From Octopus bimaculoides (Eukaryota), in contig NC_068981.1 in the NCBI RefSeq assembly GCF_001194135.2, positions 188,846,651-188,900,306 on the forward strand: a stretch of DNA of 53,656 nt. The letters are read 5' to 3'. How positions within the stretch are numbered: the stretch's first letter is position 1; each line of letters opens with the position of its first letter. Under the pieces are notes generated by a model. It ran no database searches, had not been told where the DNA came from, and was given only the letters and a program-made list of their open reading frames with translations. Both the position numbers and the translations under genes were made by a program. This document shows positions 26,641-39,123 of the stretch, in pieces.

Positions 26641-26927
26641 GAATCCCCACCCCGACTGGCTCCTGTGCCAGTAGCACATAAAAAGCACCATCCGAACATG
26701 GCTGATGCCAGTGCTGCCTGACTGGCTCCCGTGCCGGTAGCATGTAAAGAGCATCCACTACACTCTCAGAGTGGTTGGCATTAGGAAGGGCATCCAGCTG
26801 AAGAAACACTGCCAGATCAGATTGGAGCCTCGTGCAGCTTCCTGGCTTGCCAGTCCCCAGTCAACCTGTCCAACCCATGCCAGCATGAAAAACGGACGTT
26901 AAACAACGACAATGACGATGATGATGA
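26641..26927 (+). mobile_element. RTE-type 3' end
   Basis: Two UTR tandem units, then ttaggaagggcatccagctg...ggacgttaaacaacgacaatgacgatgatgatg. Confidence 0.85.
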
Positions 26928-27749
26928 TCTTTATCCCTCTACCGTAATTTACATGCATTTAATTAGTCTTCTTATACAGTAATCTCTGATCCATTTTACC
27001 TTTCAATTTTGATTCATTTGTTTGTGCATTTTACATCCATTTTCTCATCGAAGTATGGGTTAGATGAATGCATATTACTAAAAAAAATTGCTTCTATTGC
27101 CATTTGCCTTTCCTGTCATTAACTCTTTCCCTTTGTCACACGAGGGAATACTCATTCGACATGTCATTGGAAGTGCATAACTACAACCACATAATTTGTT
27201 CAAAGACAAATAATTCAGCTCAGTGCAGAATATAATCAGACACACACAAATACAAAGGGCTTTGTACACTCTCCATCTACCATATTCACTTATGAGGCAT
27301 TGACTTACCTGAAGCTACAGAAGAACTCACTTGTTCCATGATTGAACCTGAAAGTACATTATTATGAAGCAGACATCTTAATTACAAACCCATGTCTGCT
27401 CTATTAAAGTTAAGTAATTTTTAATAAATGTTGCTTCAGGGTTTTCTTTACATTCATTTCTCCTATAAATAATCATTAGTCTTTAACATTTATGCTTCTA
27501 AATTCTTTCTTTTCTGTTCAGTCAAATAATTTGCCTTTACTATTACTTTCCAGGAAGATATTGATAATTTCTAAGAATTGTTTTCTTGGCCAACATCTAT
27601 TAATAAAATTTAATTATACATATGCTAATTAAATAAGCTGATACAATACCATGTGCTCTTGGTCACAGAAACTATAGTTTTGATTTATAGATTTGTATTT
27701 AATTCAATCTAGACATTTATTATCTCACGGAAGTAGTTAATTAATAGTA

Positions 27750-28110
27750 ACATAATAGTAACTTCATAATATAGTTCAACCAGAAGGAATTTCAATTTTT
27801 AGATGTTTTAATTATGAAAGCAGATGGCAAGATAGAAACAGATATCTACTGCAAACCCATGGATTCAGGGTAGTATCTTCTCTTCCCATCCTGTCATCTT
27901 AAACATACAAGAACAAACATTCCATTCAATATTGCAAAGAGAATTGGTACAATAACATCGAATTCTACAAAATGTGATCAAAGAATAGATGAATTGAAAA
28001 ACATACTTATTCAAAGAGTAGTTCCTCTAACTCTAATGACAAATGAAAATAGAAAAGGATAAATATTCAAGATGTAAGGAAGTTAAGAAGTAAAACCAAG
28101 TAAAATGTCT
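27750..28110 (+). mobile_element. Penelope-like element RT C-terminal remnant
   Basis: FLDVLIMKADGKIETDIYCKPMDSG*YLLFPSCHLKHTRTNIPFNIAKRIGTITSN...RIDELKNILIQR matches the PLE pattern FLDV...TDIYxKxTD..YLxFxSxHPxHTKxNIPFxxAxRI; stop at 27871-27873. Confidence 0.88.
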
Positions 28111-28455
28111 TAGCAGATGCATTTACATTTAACCTTAGAAATGCAGAAATAGTTGATCATATTTATAAAAAACTCATCTAATGTAAATAAAGGTGAATAA
28201 AAGGAAAAAGTTCTAGAAAATCAACCAATCATCAAAAGCAAAAGGCAACCCAAGAAATTGAAAAATATGGTAACTAGGGCAAAAATCCAAAAGCAAACAA
28301 GTTTGCAACTTCACTATTATAAAATGCAAAAGACCAAATACTACATGCCTATATATAGATAGATAGATAGATAGACAGACAGATAGGCAGGCAGGCAGAC
28401 AGACAGACAGACAGACAACTTTCTTTATTGGCCACACAGGGCTGAACACAGCAAA

Positions 28456-28624
28456 GACAAATTCAAATGTAGAGCTTTTCTTTTCGAAAATGAAAAAGAA
28501 AAAGGGAAAAAAAAAAGAGAAAAAAGAAGTAAAATCCCGACCCCTTTTGATTGGAATTTTACTTATTTTTCTCTTTTTTCCCTTTTTCATTTTCAAATAG
28601 AAAAGCTCTACATTTGTATTTGTC
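28456..28624. repeat. Fold-back inverted repeat (82/72-bp arms, 15-bp spacer)
   Basis: gacaaattcaaatgtagagcttttc...gaagtaaaatcc (28456-28537) versus ggaattttacttat...gaaaagctctacatttgtatttgtc (28553-28624). Confidence 0.85.
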
Positions 28625-28629
28625 CCCTC

Positions 28630-28803
28630 TGGTGTTGGTTTGTTTACAGCCCTGTAACTAAGTGGTTCAGCAAAACATACCGAGGGTTTAAGTACTAGGC
28701 TTAAAAAAATAATAAGTATTGGGGTCAATTTGTTCAATTAAAATTCCTCAAAGGGATGCCCCAGCATGGCCACAGTCTACGGATCGAAAGATGTAAAAGA
28801 TAA
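28630..28803 (+). mobile_element. SINE family A-like 3' half, diverged
   Basis: ccctgtaactaagtggttcagcaaaa...aagtactaggctt...ccagcatggccacagtc. Confidence 0.65.
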
Positions 28804-29199
28804 TATATGTGTGTGTGTGTATTTGGAGAGAGATCAGCAGTAGCATCCTTTAATGTTCATTTTCCGTGCTAGCATGAGCTTGATAGGATCCAAGTTGTGT
28901 GTGTGTGTGTGTGTGTGTATGTGTGTGTTTAATGTTTGTGCTATATATAACTGTTTCTATATCTGTTGTATTTTATGCATACTCGGTGCATATGACTATA
29001 CACATTGTTTGTGACATAGATGCAACTCTTGTAGACAACATCCTTACTTACTCTTCTATATTTTCTGTTTTTGGCTTGTATTTGTTTATATGGTTTTGTA
29101 TTGTGTGCGTATGTATTTGAGTTTGTCTACACATCCATGAATGTTTACATAACATTTGATCTTATATGTTGTGTATAGTTTGTGCAAATACTATACATA

Positions 29200-29567
29200 G
29201 GCACAGGAGTAGCTGTGTGGTACATAGCTTGCTTACCAACCACATGGTTCCGGGTTCAGTCCTACTACGTGGCACCTTGGGCCAGTGCCTTCTACTATAG
29301 CCTCTGGTCAATCAAAGACTTGTGAGTGGATTTAGTAGATGGAAACTGAAACAAGCTCATCGTATATATGTGTGTGTGTGTGTCTCCCAACATCGCTTGA
29401 CAACCGATGCTGGTGTGTTTACATTCCCATAACTTAGCGGTTCGGCAAAAGAGACTGATAGAATAAGTACTAGACTTACAAAGAATAAGTCCTGGGGTCG
29501 ATTTGCTCGACTAAAAGGCGGTGCTCCAGCATGGCCACAGTCAAAATGACTGAAACAAATAAAGGAA
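29200..29567 (+). mobile_element. SINE family A, full length
   Basis: Head ggcacaggagtagctgtgtgg...gggttcagtcc, body and tail. Confidence 0.92.
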
Positions 29568-30143
29568 TACTGTTTACACCCCAATTATATTTGTTTAGGG
29601 GTCTATTTTTATTATTTGAACTCTCCCATTGTTAATTCATTCCCTTTCCTTTCCCTCTCTCTCCCATTTGTGTTTATGTGTAAGCCTGTCTTATTTGTTC
29701 ATGTCCTTTTAACTCTGCTGTCTCTCTTATCTGTTCACCCAATTGACCTGACCCTCACCAGCTACCTCCCATTCCAACTGATCTGCCTCTCCCTACCACC
29801 CACCACCCAAACATTTCTTCCTCTCATGTTATCCACTTCCTATCCTTACTACTCCTACTACTTCCCACACTATTCCCCCTTTTCCCCCACCCTCTCCTAT
29901 TTCTTCAACCTCTCCACCCATGACTCACTCTTCATTTCTCTTTCTATTTCACAATTTCACTTTTACAATCCTGAAGTTAAAGTCCCTCTATTATCTCTCA
30001 CCCTTATAAAGAACAAGCATTACATAAGTTGGGATTTTCTCTCTTCACAACAAACCATCTCACTGATGTTTTCTTTTATAAACCTTTTCTGGCCAATGTA
30101 GAATACTGCCAGTTTCCTGAGACTCCAGATATTGTCAACATCT

Positions 30144-30372
30144 TTAACCCTTTTGTTACCATATTTCTGTTGAGATGCTCTGTGTTTCTTTCAATTAATT
30201 TTAAATATAACAAAGAATTTAGTAAAATAACTTAGTTATCATTCACCTAGTGTTAGGAACATAAATTGTGACTAAGGCTTGGTAGAAGATTTTAATTTAA
30301 AACTTTTGAAAACAAGATATTTGTACTCAGACCCAGTGGTGGTTTCAGCTGGGTTGGTATCAAAAGGGTTAA
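30144..30372. mobile_element. piggyBac-type MITE, copy 1
   Basis: TTAA|CCCTTTTGTTACC...GGTATCAAAAGGG|TTAA. Confidence 0.88.
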
Positions 30373-30384
30373 ATTAATCACTTG

Positions 30385-30610
30385 TTAACCCTTTTGTTAC
30401 CATATTTCTGTTGAGATGCTCTGTTTCTTTTAATTACTTTAAATATAACAAGGAATTTAGTAAAATAACTGAGTTATCATTAAGCTAGTGTTAGGAATAT
30501 AAATTGTGACTAAGGTTTGGTGGAAGATTTTAATTCAAAACTTATGAAAGCAAGACATTTGTACTCAGAGCCAGAGGCAGTTTCAGCCGGGTTGGTTACA
30601 AAAGGGTTAA
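30385..30610. mobile_element. piggyBac-type MITE, copy 2
   Basis: TTAA|CCCTTTTGTTACC...GGTTACAAAAGGG|TTAA; same orientation as copy 1. Confidence 0.88.
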
Positions 30611-30772
30611 ATCTGTACCAACAACTCCCTATTTTCTACCAGTCATTTTCAGATTACTCAGTGGTTATCAGCCATTTTTTACTTATGGACCCCTTGGGTG
30701 GAACCTCATAGTCATCTGAGGCTTTAAAAAAAATCCTTTTGTTGGAAATTGTATTTAGAAAAGATTAAGATA

Positions 30773-31083
30773 GGTGCAGGAGTGGCTGTGTGGTAAGAAG
30801 CTTGTTTCTCAACCACATGGTTCCGGGTTCAGTCCCACTGTGTGGCATCTTGGGTAAATATCTTCTACTATAGCCTCAGGCTGAACAAAGCCTTGTGAGT
30901 GGATTTGGCAGAAGAAAACTGAAAGAAGCCCATCGTGTGTGTGTGTGTGTGTGTGTGCCTCCACTATTGTTTGACTGATAGAATAAGTATCAGGCTTACA
31001 AAGAATGAATCCTGGGATCAATTTGTTCAACTGAAGGCTGTGCTCCAGCATGGCCACAAATGGCTGAAACAAATAAAAGAGTA
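30773..31083 (+). mobile_element. SINE family A with internal deletion
   Basis: Clear head (TGGCTGTGTGG; GGTTCAGTCCC), (GT)n; lacks the gacaaccgatg...ggttcggcaaaa block. Confidence 0.88.
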
Positions 31084-31194
31084 TTATCTGGTGTATTGTA
31101 GAAGGATAAGTAGTTTAATAAAAAAAATCTTGTATGAACTTCCAAGCACCATATAAACCCTAGTTGAGGACCACTGACTCATAAATAATGAAAT

Positions 31195-31586
31195 AGGAGT
31201 GGCTGTGTGGTAAGTAGCTTGCTTACCAACCACATGGTTCCAGGTTCATTCCCACTGTGTGGCACCTTGGGCAAGTGTCTTCTACTATAGCCTTGGGTCG
31301 ACCAAAGCCTTGTGAGTGGATTTGGTAGACGGAAACTGAAAGAAGCCTGTCGTATATATGTATATATATATATGTATGTGTGTCTGTGTTTGTCCCCCCA
31401 ACATCACTTGACAACCGATGCTGGTGTGTTTATGTCCCTGTAACTTAGCGGTTCGGCAAAAGAGACCGATACAGTAAGTACTAGGCTTACAAAGAATGTG
31501 TCCTGGGGTCGATTTGCTGGACTAAAGGCGGTGCTCCAGCATGGCCGCAGCCAAATGGCTGAAACAAGTAAAAGAGTAAAAGAGTA
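31195..31586 (+). mobile_element. SINE family A, near full length
   Basis: Near-consensus copy; tail (gtaaaaga)x2. Confidence 0.93.
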
Positions 31587-32304
31587 TTGTTAGAGGAGTT
31601 TCTACTCAAAGGCCCAAGGTGCTTGAACAGTTATAATATTAAGGGATGAGGTATTTGAATGGATAAGGGGGTGGAGGTTTTGAGTAGACAAGAGATTAAA
31701 GAGAGGGGTGTTGAATGGATGAAGTACTAATACTGGGCTGGTTAAATGGATAGCATATTAAGGAGTACAGTTCATCATCATCATCATAACCGTTTAACGT
31801 CTGTTTTCCATGCTGGCATGGGTTGGACGGACTGAAAGGTATTCAGTTTTCTGCTCAAAAGTTGTGGAATCATATCCTTAATGAAGATTTTGTTAGATTT
31901 GGAGGTAAAACATTTTATTCTTTATAGCCTTGTTCACCTATCTTTTGGTAATTATCAACCAAGCTATCCACGGAAATTTTACTTGGGATAGAACATCTGA
32001 AAATTGAAGCTAACCACAGCTTTGACTAACCCCTGGAAGTGTTTATATTTTCACTTCAGCTTTTACCAATTTACATAAATTGCACAATGAAAGCAGCTAA
32101 ATCTTCCTCAACAATTTTCGCAATATATTTATTTAGTATTCATAGTACTTACAATAATGACACATATTTTAAGTTCATAGTCTTGGGATAAGAGTGTGTA
32201 TATGGTTAACCATTCAAATGAAATTTTTTCTTGGAAAAACTATCTTTATATTATATATCAATTGAAGCAGAGCTGATCAAGAGCACACAATATTAAACAC
32301 AGGT

Positions 32305-32530
32305 ATAATATTGATTTCAGATTTTGGTACAAGGCCAGCAACGTCAGGTAGGGGGCGTAAATCGATTATATTGATACCAGTGCTCAACTGGTATTTATTT
32401 TATTGATCCTAGAAGGATGAAAAGCAAAGTCAACCTTGGCAGAATTTGAACTCGGAACAAAAAGACAGATGAAATGTCACCTAGCATTTTACCCAACATG
32501 CTAATGATCTGCCAGCTTACCACCCTTAAC
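32305..32530 (-). mobile_element. SINE family C
   Basis: Reverse complement of the 13655 family: ctggtatttattttattgatcctagaaggatgaaaagcaaagtcaaccttggcagaatttgaactc. Confidence 0.8.
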
Positions 32531-32699
32531 ACAGATATATATTGACCCTGGGGTTGTATAAAACTGCTGCACTGTGATCTAATTCTAGCATTTTTGCTTG
32601 AGACATTTCAACTCATAACCTCTGTGCCTGTTCCCAAATATTCTTCTGTGAATAGCAGAAACAGGAGTAAACAAAACACCTTGTGCTTTTTTTTTTATT

Positions 32700-33390
32700 A
32701 CATCCCCAGACCTGCCAAGCCAAGTGAGACCATAATCCAAGGCCTCTGCCAGGGGTGTAGCCAGCCCACCTTTCCTTCATTGGACACTAAACCCCGCTTG
32801 CGAAGACCTGTTCAGGCAAGTGAAATCAAAATCAAACTAAATTCAACGACTGGCACCCATGCCAACGTCTCCTTCATTGGACACTAAACTCAGCTTGCGA
32901 AGACCTGTTGGGGCAAGTGAAAGTGAATTCATGATGGCACTTCTACCTGTGGAGCGCTAAGAGCACCATCCGAGCGTGATCGTTGCCAGAGCAGCTGTCT
33001 GGCTTCCGTGCCAGTGGCACGTAAATAGCACCATTTGAGTGTGATTGTTACCAGCGTGCCTTCCTGGCACTTGTGCCGGTGGCATGTGAAAAGACATTCG
33101 AGTGAGGTCATTGCCAGTGTCACTGTACTGGCTCCTGTGCAGGTGGCATGTAAAATACACCATTTTGAGCATGGCCTTTGCCAGTACCCTGACTGGCCTT
33201 CGTGCCGGTGACATGTAAAAAGCACCCACTACACTCTCGGAGTGGTTGGTGTCAGGGAGGGCATCCACCTGTAGAAACTCTGCCAAATCAGATTGGTGAC
33301 TGGTGTAGCCGTCTGGTTCGCTAGTCCTCAGTCAAATCGTCCAACCCATGCTAGCATGGAAAGCGGACGTTAAATGATGATGATGATGAT
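32700..33390 (+). mobile_element. RTE LINE 3' end: last ORF codons, tandem-repeat 3' UTR, (GAT)n tail
   Basis: acc tgc caa gcc aag tga (TCQAK*) matches KTWQAK* of the RTE ORF end at 43978; then duplicated 60-bp block, four gtgccggtggcacgtaaa-type units and the tail. Confidence 0.88.
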
Positions 33391-33734
33391 CCCTAAGATC
33401 CTGAGCTTTCAATTCTGCCCAAGTTGACTGCTTTTCAATCTTCTGAGATTCATAAAATAAGTAGAGGTGAAATACTGGGTTGATATAATCAAATATATCC
33501 ATTAAGGTAGCAATAGAATTATTAGTCATTCATGATAACATCATTGGGAATTAAGCTGGATTACAAACACAGTATTGTGTGTATGTGTGTATACACACAT
33601 ACAGAATGGAATGAAAGAGTGGAATCCTTGTTAATTCTCAAAGATTGAGGGGAATGAATTATTATTATTATTATTATTATCATTATTATTATTTAGCTTA
33701 AAGATAATGGTGGTAATATGATAAGAATGAAGTG

Positions 33735-33905
33735 AATGACTTGCAGTGAAGTGAGTTCAAACCTCTCCAGGTCAACATTTTGTTTCACCCCTCTAGGGCT
33801 GATAAAATACATAACCAGTTTTGCATTATGTTCAAGTTAATTGACTATATCATTTTACCTGGAAATCTGTGAATTGTATGTACTAAGTGGGAAATCATTA
33901 TACTT
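33735..33905 (+). mobile_element. SINE family C, degenerate
   Basis: gagttcaaacctctccaggtcaacattttgtttcacccctctagggctgataaaatacataaccag...gaaatcatta. Confidence 0.5.
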
Positions 33906-35704
33906 GCAAAAATAAATCTGTGTATCTTAATTAGCTTTTGGTTAGTTAATTAAATAAACTTAAATGTTATTGTCTGATGCTTTTTTTAAAAAAATTCCTC
34001 ATTAATATATACATAATTAATTTCTACACTTCTAACAATACATATGCACAATATACACACATATATATATATGCATGTATACAGAATATTTTTTATCTGT
34101 ACTTGTATGTGTAACAAGATATTTGATTCTATTCCACCTCCCAATACATAATTACTTCCACATATTGCTGGAATTAACTTTAGGAAACAGATTTCCCTTT
34201 GCTATTTTAAATTTTATATTTCTGCTCTGGCTGTTTATTGAAAGTAGAAGTAACATAACATTATTTCTCCTTTTAATTTAATCCTTTCTTTTTTTATTGA
34301 TTTTTGTAACTTTTTGAAATAGAGCTAAAAGGTTTCTTAGTTAGAAAGGAAAGAAAAAAAATTCTAACAGTTTAGATTGAGAAGAATGCTATAAAACCAT
34401 CACACAGCTGGTTTTTCTAATGCTACTGCTGCTTCTCTCAACTTAATGAACATCACAGGAAAATTCAGCCTATGTAAATGAGACACACGGATAAGCATTG
34501 CAACAGCAGTTCTACGGGATATAACTATAAAGTGAATAGAAATAATTATATTGTCCCTGTAACAGGTCTTGTTTATAAACGGCCTTGTTTTACCATGTGC
34601 AATAATTATTAATCTATCCACATCTTGTAAGTTTCCTGATTTCATTAGGATTCTTTTTTACTCAACCAAACATTAGAAAATATGCAGAAAATAGAATTTA
34701 AACTAAAGAAAGGTATGTGGAAATAATTGAATTTATTTTTATTAGCCTAAATTATAGGTGATAGCTGTATATTATTCAAACTGCTTCACTGAATTGGTAT
34801 TATTTTATTGTGAATGAATTAATTTATTTGAAATATATTTATATATATTCTTTTTTTTTGTTTTGCTTCTGTTCACTAAAGCTTGCTAAAGTACTCAACC
34901 TTTTCAAGTGAAACTATATAAATTTTATGTAGCATATTAATGTTTGTATTTGTGAAAATTTGTATTCTATTAATTAAGATATTTATTAATTTCCTTGACA
35001 AAGACATTCTTTTCTTAATAATCCTTTTGAAGTAGTTGATATTCTTCCTTGTAAATAAATGAAACTGATTAAAACTTGTGAGTGTTCAAAGCCTATACGA
35101 TTTTATTTTTATAGAAGTTTGGGAGTTCAAATACCCATATTCTTGGAAAGTTTAAGTCAAATTGTTTAATACTTAATTGGAATTACCCTGTATTAATTTG
35201 AATTATTCTATTTTCATCTAATTTAAACACTTAATTTTTCACAATTAAAATACAAAATTTAATTAAAATTAATATGTTCACAAATCCATTGTTTAAGTGA
35301 AACTTCATTCCACATCACACACACACACACGAACACACACATGCATTGCTATTCAGTGTGAAATGTGAGTGATTGTCAGTGATCAATCTTCAAATTATTT
35401 TAAATATCTGCAGTCTCTAAGGACTGGGGTGGTCAGTGACAGCTATTTGAGGGCAATTTGCACCACATCTCAATAATTTTCTTTTACCCTAGCTCTGGAT
35501 TGTAAAGACAAAGTGTGTGGCCAAGCTGTAGCCACAAAGGATTTGTCAGAGTAACCATATCTATTTGGGGATTTCCTTCAGCATGGTTGAAATGTACTTT
35601 GATATATGTATAGCTATATGCCCACAGGCATATAGTGTAATGGTTAAGGGCATGGGCTACTAACCCCAAGATTGCCAGTTCAATTTCAGGCGGTGCTTTG
35701 AATA

Positions 35705-36193
35705 CTCTTTACTCTCTTTTACTCTTTTACTTGTTTCAGTCATTTGACTGTGGCCATGCTGGAGCGCTGCCTTTAGTTGAGCAAATCGACTCCAAGACTT
35801 ATCCTTTGGAAGCCTAGTACTTATTCTATCGGGCTCTTTTGCCGAACCGCTAAGTTACGGGGATGTAAACACACCAGCATCGGTTGTCAAGCGATGTTGG
35901 GGGGACAAACACAGACACACAAACATATACACGCACATACATATATATATAACACGGGCTTCTTTCAGTTTCCGTCTACCAAATCCACTCACAAGNNNNN
36001 NNNNNTACACGCACATACATATATATATAACACGGGCTTCTTTCAGTTTCCGTCTACCAAATCCACTCACAAGGCTTTGGTCGGCCCGAGGCTATAGTAG
36101 AAGACACTTGCCCAAGGTGTCACGCAGTGGGAATGAACCTGGAACCATGTGGTTGGTCAGCAAGCTACTTACCACACAGCCACTCCTGCACCT
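35705..36193 (-). mobile_element. SINE family A, full length, nested
   Basis: Near-consensus; contains a 10-N gap with duplicated overlap. Confidence 0.92.
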
Positions 36194-36279
36194 ATAGCGA
36201 TAATTATAATGATAATAATAACATCAGCAGAAAATACCTTAGGAATGAGAACCCAGGGTTGGGTTCAAAATTCTACCAG

Positions 36280-36325
36280 GACACCTGATGAAGGCTGGAG
36301 AGTAAATCAACCAAAACGTTATGGT
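36280..36325 (+). ncRNA. Degenerate minimal type I hammerhead ribozyme motif
   Basis: gacac CTGATGA a ggctg...caacc AAAA CGTT: G>A in the GAAA core and in stem II; palindromic AACGTT retained. Probably inactive. Confidence 0.6.
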
Positions 36326-37144
36326 GACAGTAAACAAGATGAGGACACATATCTGTCCAATGTGAATAATGTAAATAATGTATGTTGAGCTGTATTGTTT
36401 ATGTTGTAAATGATGAATATCTTAAAAATCATTTACTTTTTCTCCACAAAATTTAAACAAGATTTCATGCATCACAACCCAAAACATTTTTTTCCAAAAT
36501 AAAAGACTTTGACACAAAATATACAATCAGTTTATCTATCTGATTATTATAAATCACATCAATGTTCTATAATTGCCCCAGATCACTTTAGCAAAATTCT
36601 TGTACACTATTAAAAGAAATTTATAACAACCTGTTGAACCTAGTAAATATAAGTTACACAGAATTTGTTGTGGTTTTAATCTACACTCTATTTAAAATCC
36701 GTATATATCTATTTAAGCTCTGAGTTTTCTATTGTAAACACATGTATTCTGTTGTATAAAGTCAACTGAATTCAAACAAAACTTGTAAAAATTGCATTGA
36801 TCTGGCATGTTTTGATAAGGGTTAGAACTTAATCCTCTAAATTCCTAGAGTAAACTAAGGCCAAATGAAATACAGACTTTCTTCTTGTCATGTTACATGT
36901 CACACTTTCTATCAGGGATAACAACATGTAAAACATGTTCTCAGGCCAGAGAATCTTACTGACACGTTTTAGATATTGAGTTTTCTAAATCCAACTGGAT
37001 CAAGATTACTCAACAACAGTCTTTATCTTATCTTATGCTGGTCTACATTAGTAGTGTTTATAAATTTATCTCAATGTAGATACCTGTTCCTGGATTTCTA
37101 TGACAATGCATTTAATTCATAAGACATTTGATATTGTCAAATGT

Positions 37145-37179
<35 letters not shown>

Positions 37180-37574
37180 ACATGTAATGTCTCAGTTTCC
37201 TTTTATTTAGTAAGAAAAAAAAAACATTTTTCTTTGGTTTACCCATTGATCTTCATGAAGTGATGAAATAAAATAACAATCAGGCCTTAATTTTTATGTG
37301 CATACAAGTGTGTTCATGCCAACCCATATATGTGTGTTCATAGCTGTGCATACTAGAGTGTTGTTTGAATGTAGATAAAAGAGTGGAGAAAATTAATATG
37401 CTTTAGAATGTTTCTCTTGTTTTAAGGTGCAATTCAGTGCAAGTATTCATTTGATAGGAAAAATATACATTTAATATATATATTCTACATTGAAGTTTTT
37501 AATTTTCTCAATGGCATCAGGTACAAACTTTAGATGCACAATACAGAGTTCAACCAGAGCACAATCATGTTTAT

Positions 37575-37616
<42 letters not shown>

Positions 37617-37625
37617 TATAAATGC

Positions 37626-37670
<45 letters not shown>

Positions 37671-38621
37671 GCATTAATGTAAATAATTGTTTAATGTACC
37701 ATGAATCAATAAGACCTCACTTTTCCTTATTTCAAAATAAAAAAAGCATTTTTGTAAGCACCCACAAATGTTTATAGAGTTCAGGAGTTTTATGTAATTA
37801 TTCAAATAGATAATTTACTATTTAAAATATTATCATTTCACTTTAATTACTGGTTGTAATTACTTATGATAATAATTCAGTATATTTTAATAATAAAATT
37901 GTACATGAATTTCAATAAGAACTTAGTAATGAGCTTTTGAATAATAATAGTATACTCTTTTGCTAGTTCCAGTTGATTGGCTCTGTCCATCTTGGGTACC
38001 ACAGGCAGAAAGATTACAATTTGTTTTTAATTATTTCCTTATAAAAAAAACAGAGATATCTTTAGATAGATATAAATTATTTCAGCTCTGACTAGTCTGT
38101 CAGCCTACCCAAGGCGAAAGTATATCCAATTATAAAATATTCTATCTAGTGACCCATTCTTAAATTGCTTTCCTAAAATCTTACTGTCTGGTTCACATTC
38201 TTTCTCTCAAGCTCATGACTATCTCTTATTTCATCTTAATTTAGCTTTATCTAATATGAAATTGACGTCATTTTAAACATTAGCACACAAAATTAATTAA
38301 ACAGTTATTGAACTTTAGATATCTAAATGATCACTTGCCAGGCAATGGCTACGTTATTTGAGTGCTGTGGGCCTATTTCACTTTGCTTTCTAAAACGGTG
38401 AATATAATGTCCAATAAAATTTACATGAAAATCTTAGAGTTAATCCATAATTTCAATATCTAAATTTAACATACAACTAAAACATTACAGTATTTTGTTT
38501 TATGCCAGGAAACACTTTAATAACAAAAATATTTCCATTTCAACTTTCAAATGTTCTGACAAATAAGATGCTTTTAGATTTTCAGTTTTGATCTTGGAAA
38601 AAAAACCTATTTATATCTTTT

Positions 38622-39123
38622 ATCTTTTACTTGTTCCACTCATGAGACTGAGGTCATGCTGGGGCACCGCCTTGAAGAATTTTTAGTCAAATGAATCAAC
38701 CCCAGTACTTATTTTCTTTTCAGCCTGATACTTATTTTATCAGTCCCTTTGGCCAAACTACTAAGTTACGGGGGATACAAACACACCAACACTAGTTTTC
38801 AGGCAGTGGTGGGGGAACAAACACAAACACACACATCTTAATATTTTGCTTTGGCATAGTGAGACTAATAACCTGGTGTAGAACTCAATATATATGTATG
38901 GTTCCACTTCCATATCCATCAACGTAAACTTTCTCACTCATAACACCAGTATCTTCTGGAAATGTAACTTTCCCAAATAATGTGCACTTCATATTCAAGG
39001 CTCTGATGAAGCTATAGATGATACCCTGGTACTCAATTAGACTCCACCACATCTTATAGCAAAAACAGCTGTAAACAAATGAAGTTCATTGCATAACATT
39101 TGATTTTTCCAGTGCCATCTCCT

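Larger units (their letters stand above)
35616..36385 (+). mobile_element. tRNA-headed hammerhead-bearing element, copy 2, interrupted by SINE A
   Basis: Head 35616-35704 (tggttaagggcatgggctactaaccccaag) and tail 36194-36385 (aaaataccttaggaatgagaacccagg...gacacctgatgaaggctggag...gtaaataatgta) align with 46305-46547. Confidence 0.85.

Noticed and set aside
28213-28737. 174-aa minus-strand ORF
   Set aside because: Composite of an antisense SINE, the fold-back arms and a (GACA/GATA)n microsatellite.
24928-30101. 166-aa (24928-25428, -) and 161-aa (29616-30101, +) ORFs
   Set aside because: Low-complexity L/S/P/F translations of pyrimidine-rich strands, which are naturally stop-poor.
35932-36075. 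Direct duplication of about 65 bp inside a SINE
   Set aside because: The identical sequence lies on both sides of a 10-N gap, typical of an unmerged contig overlap.
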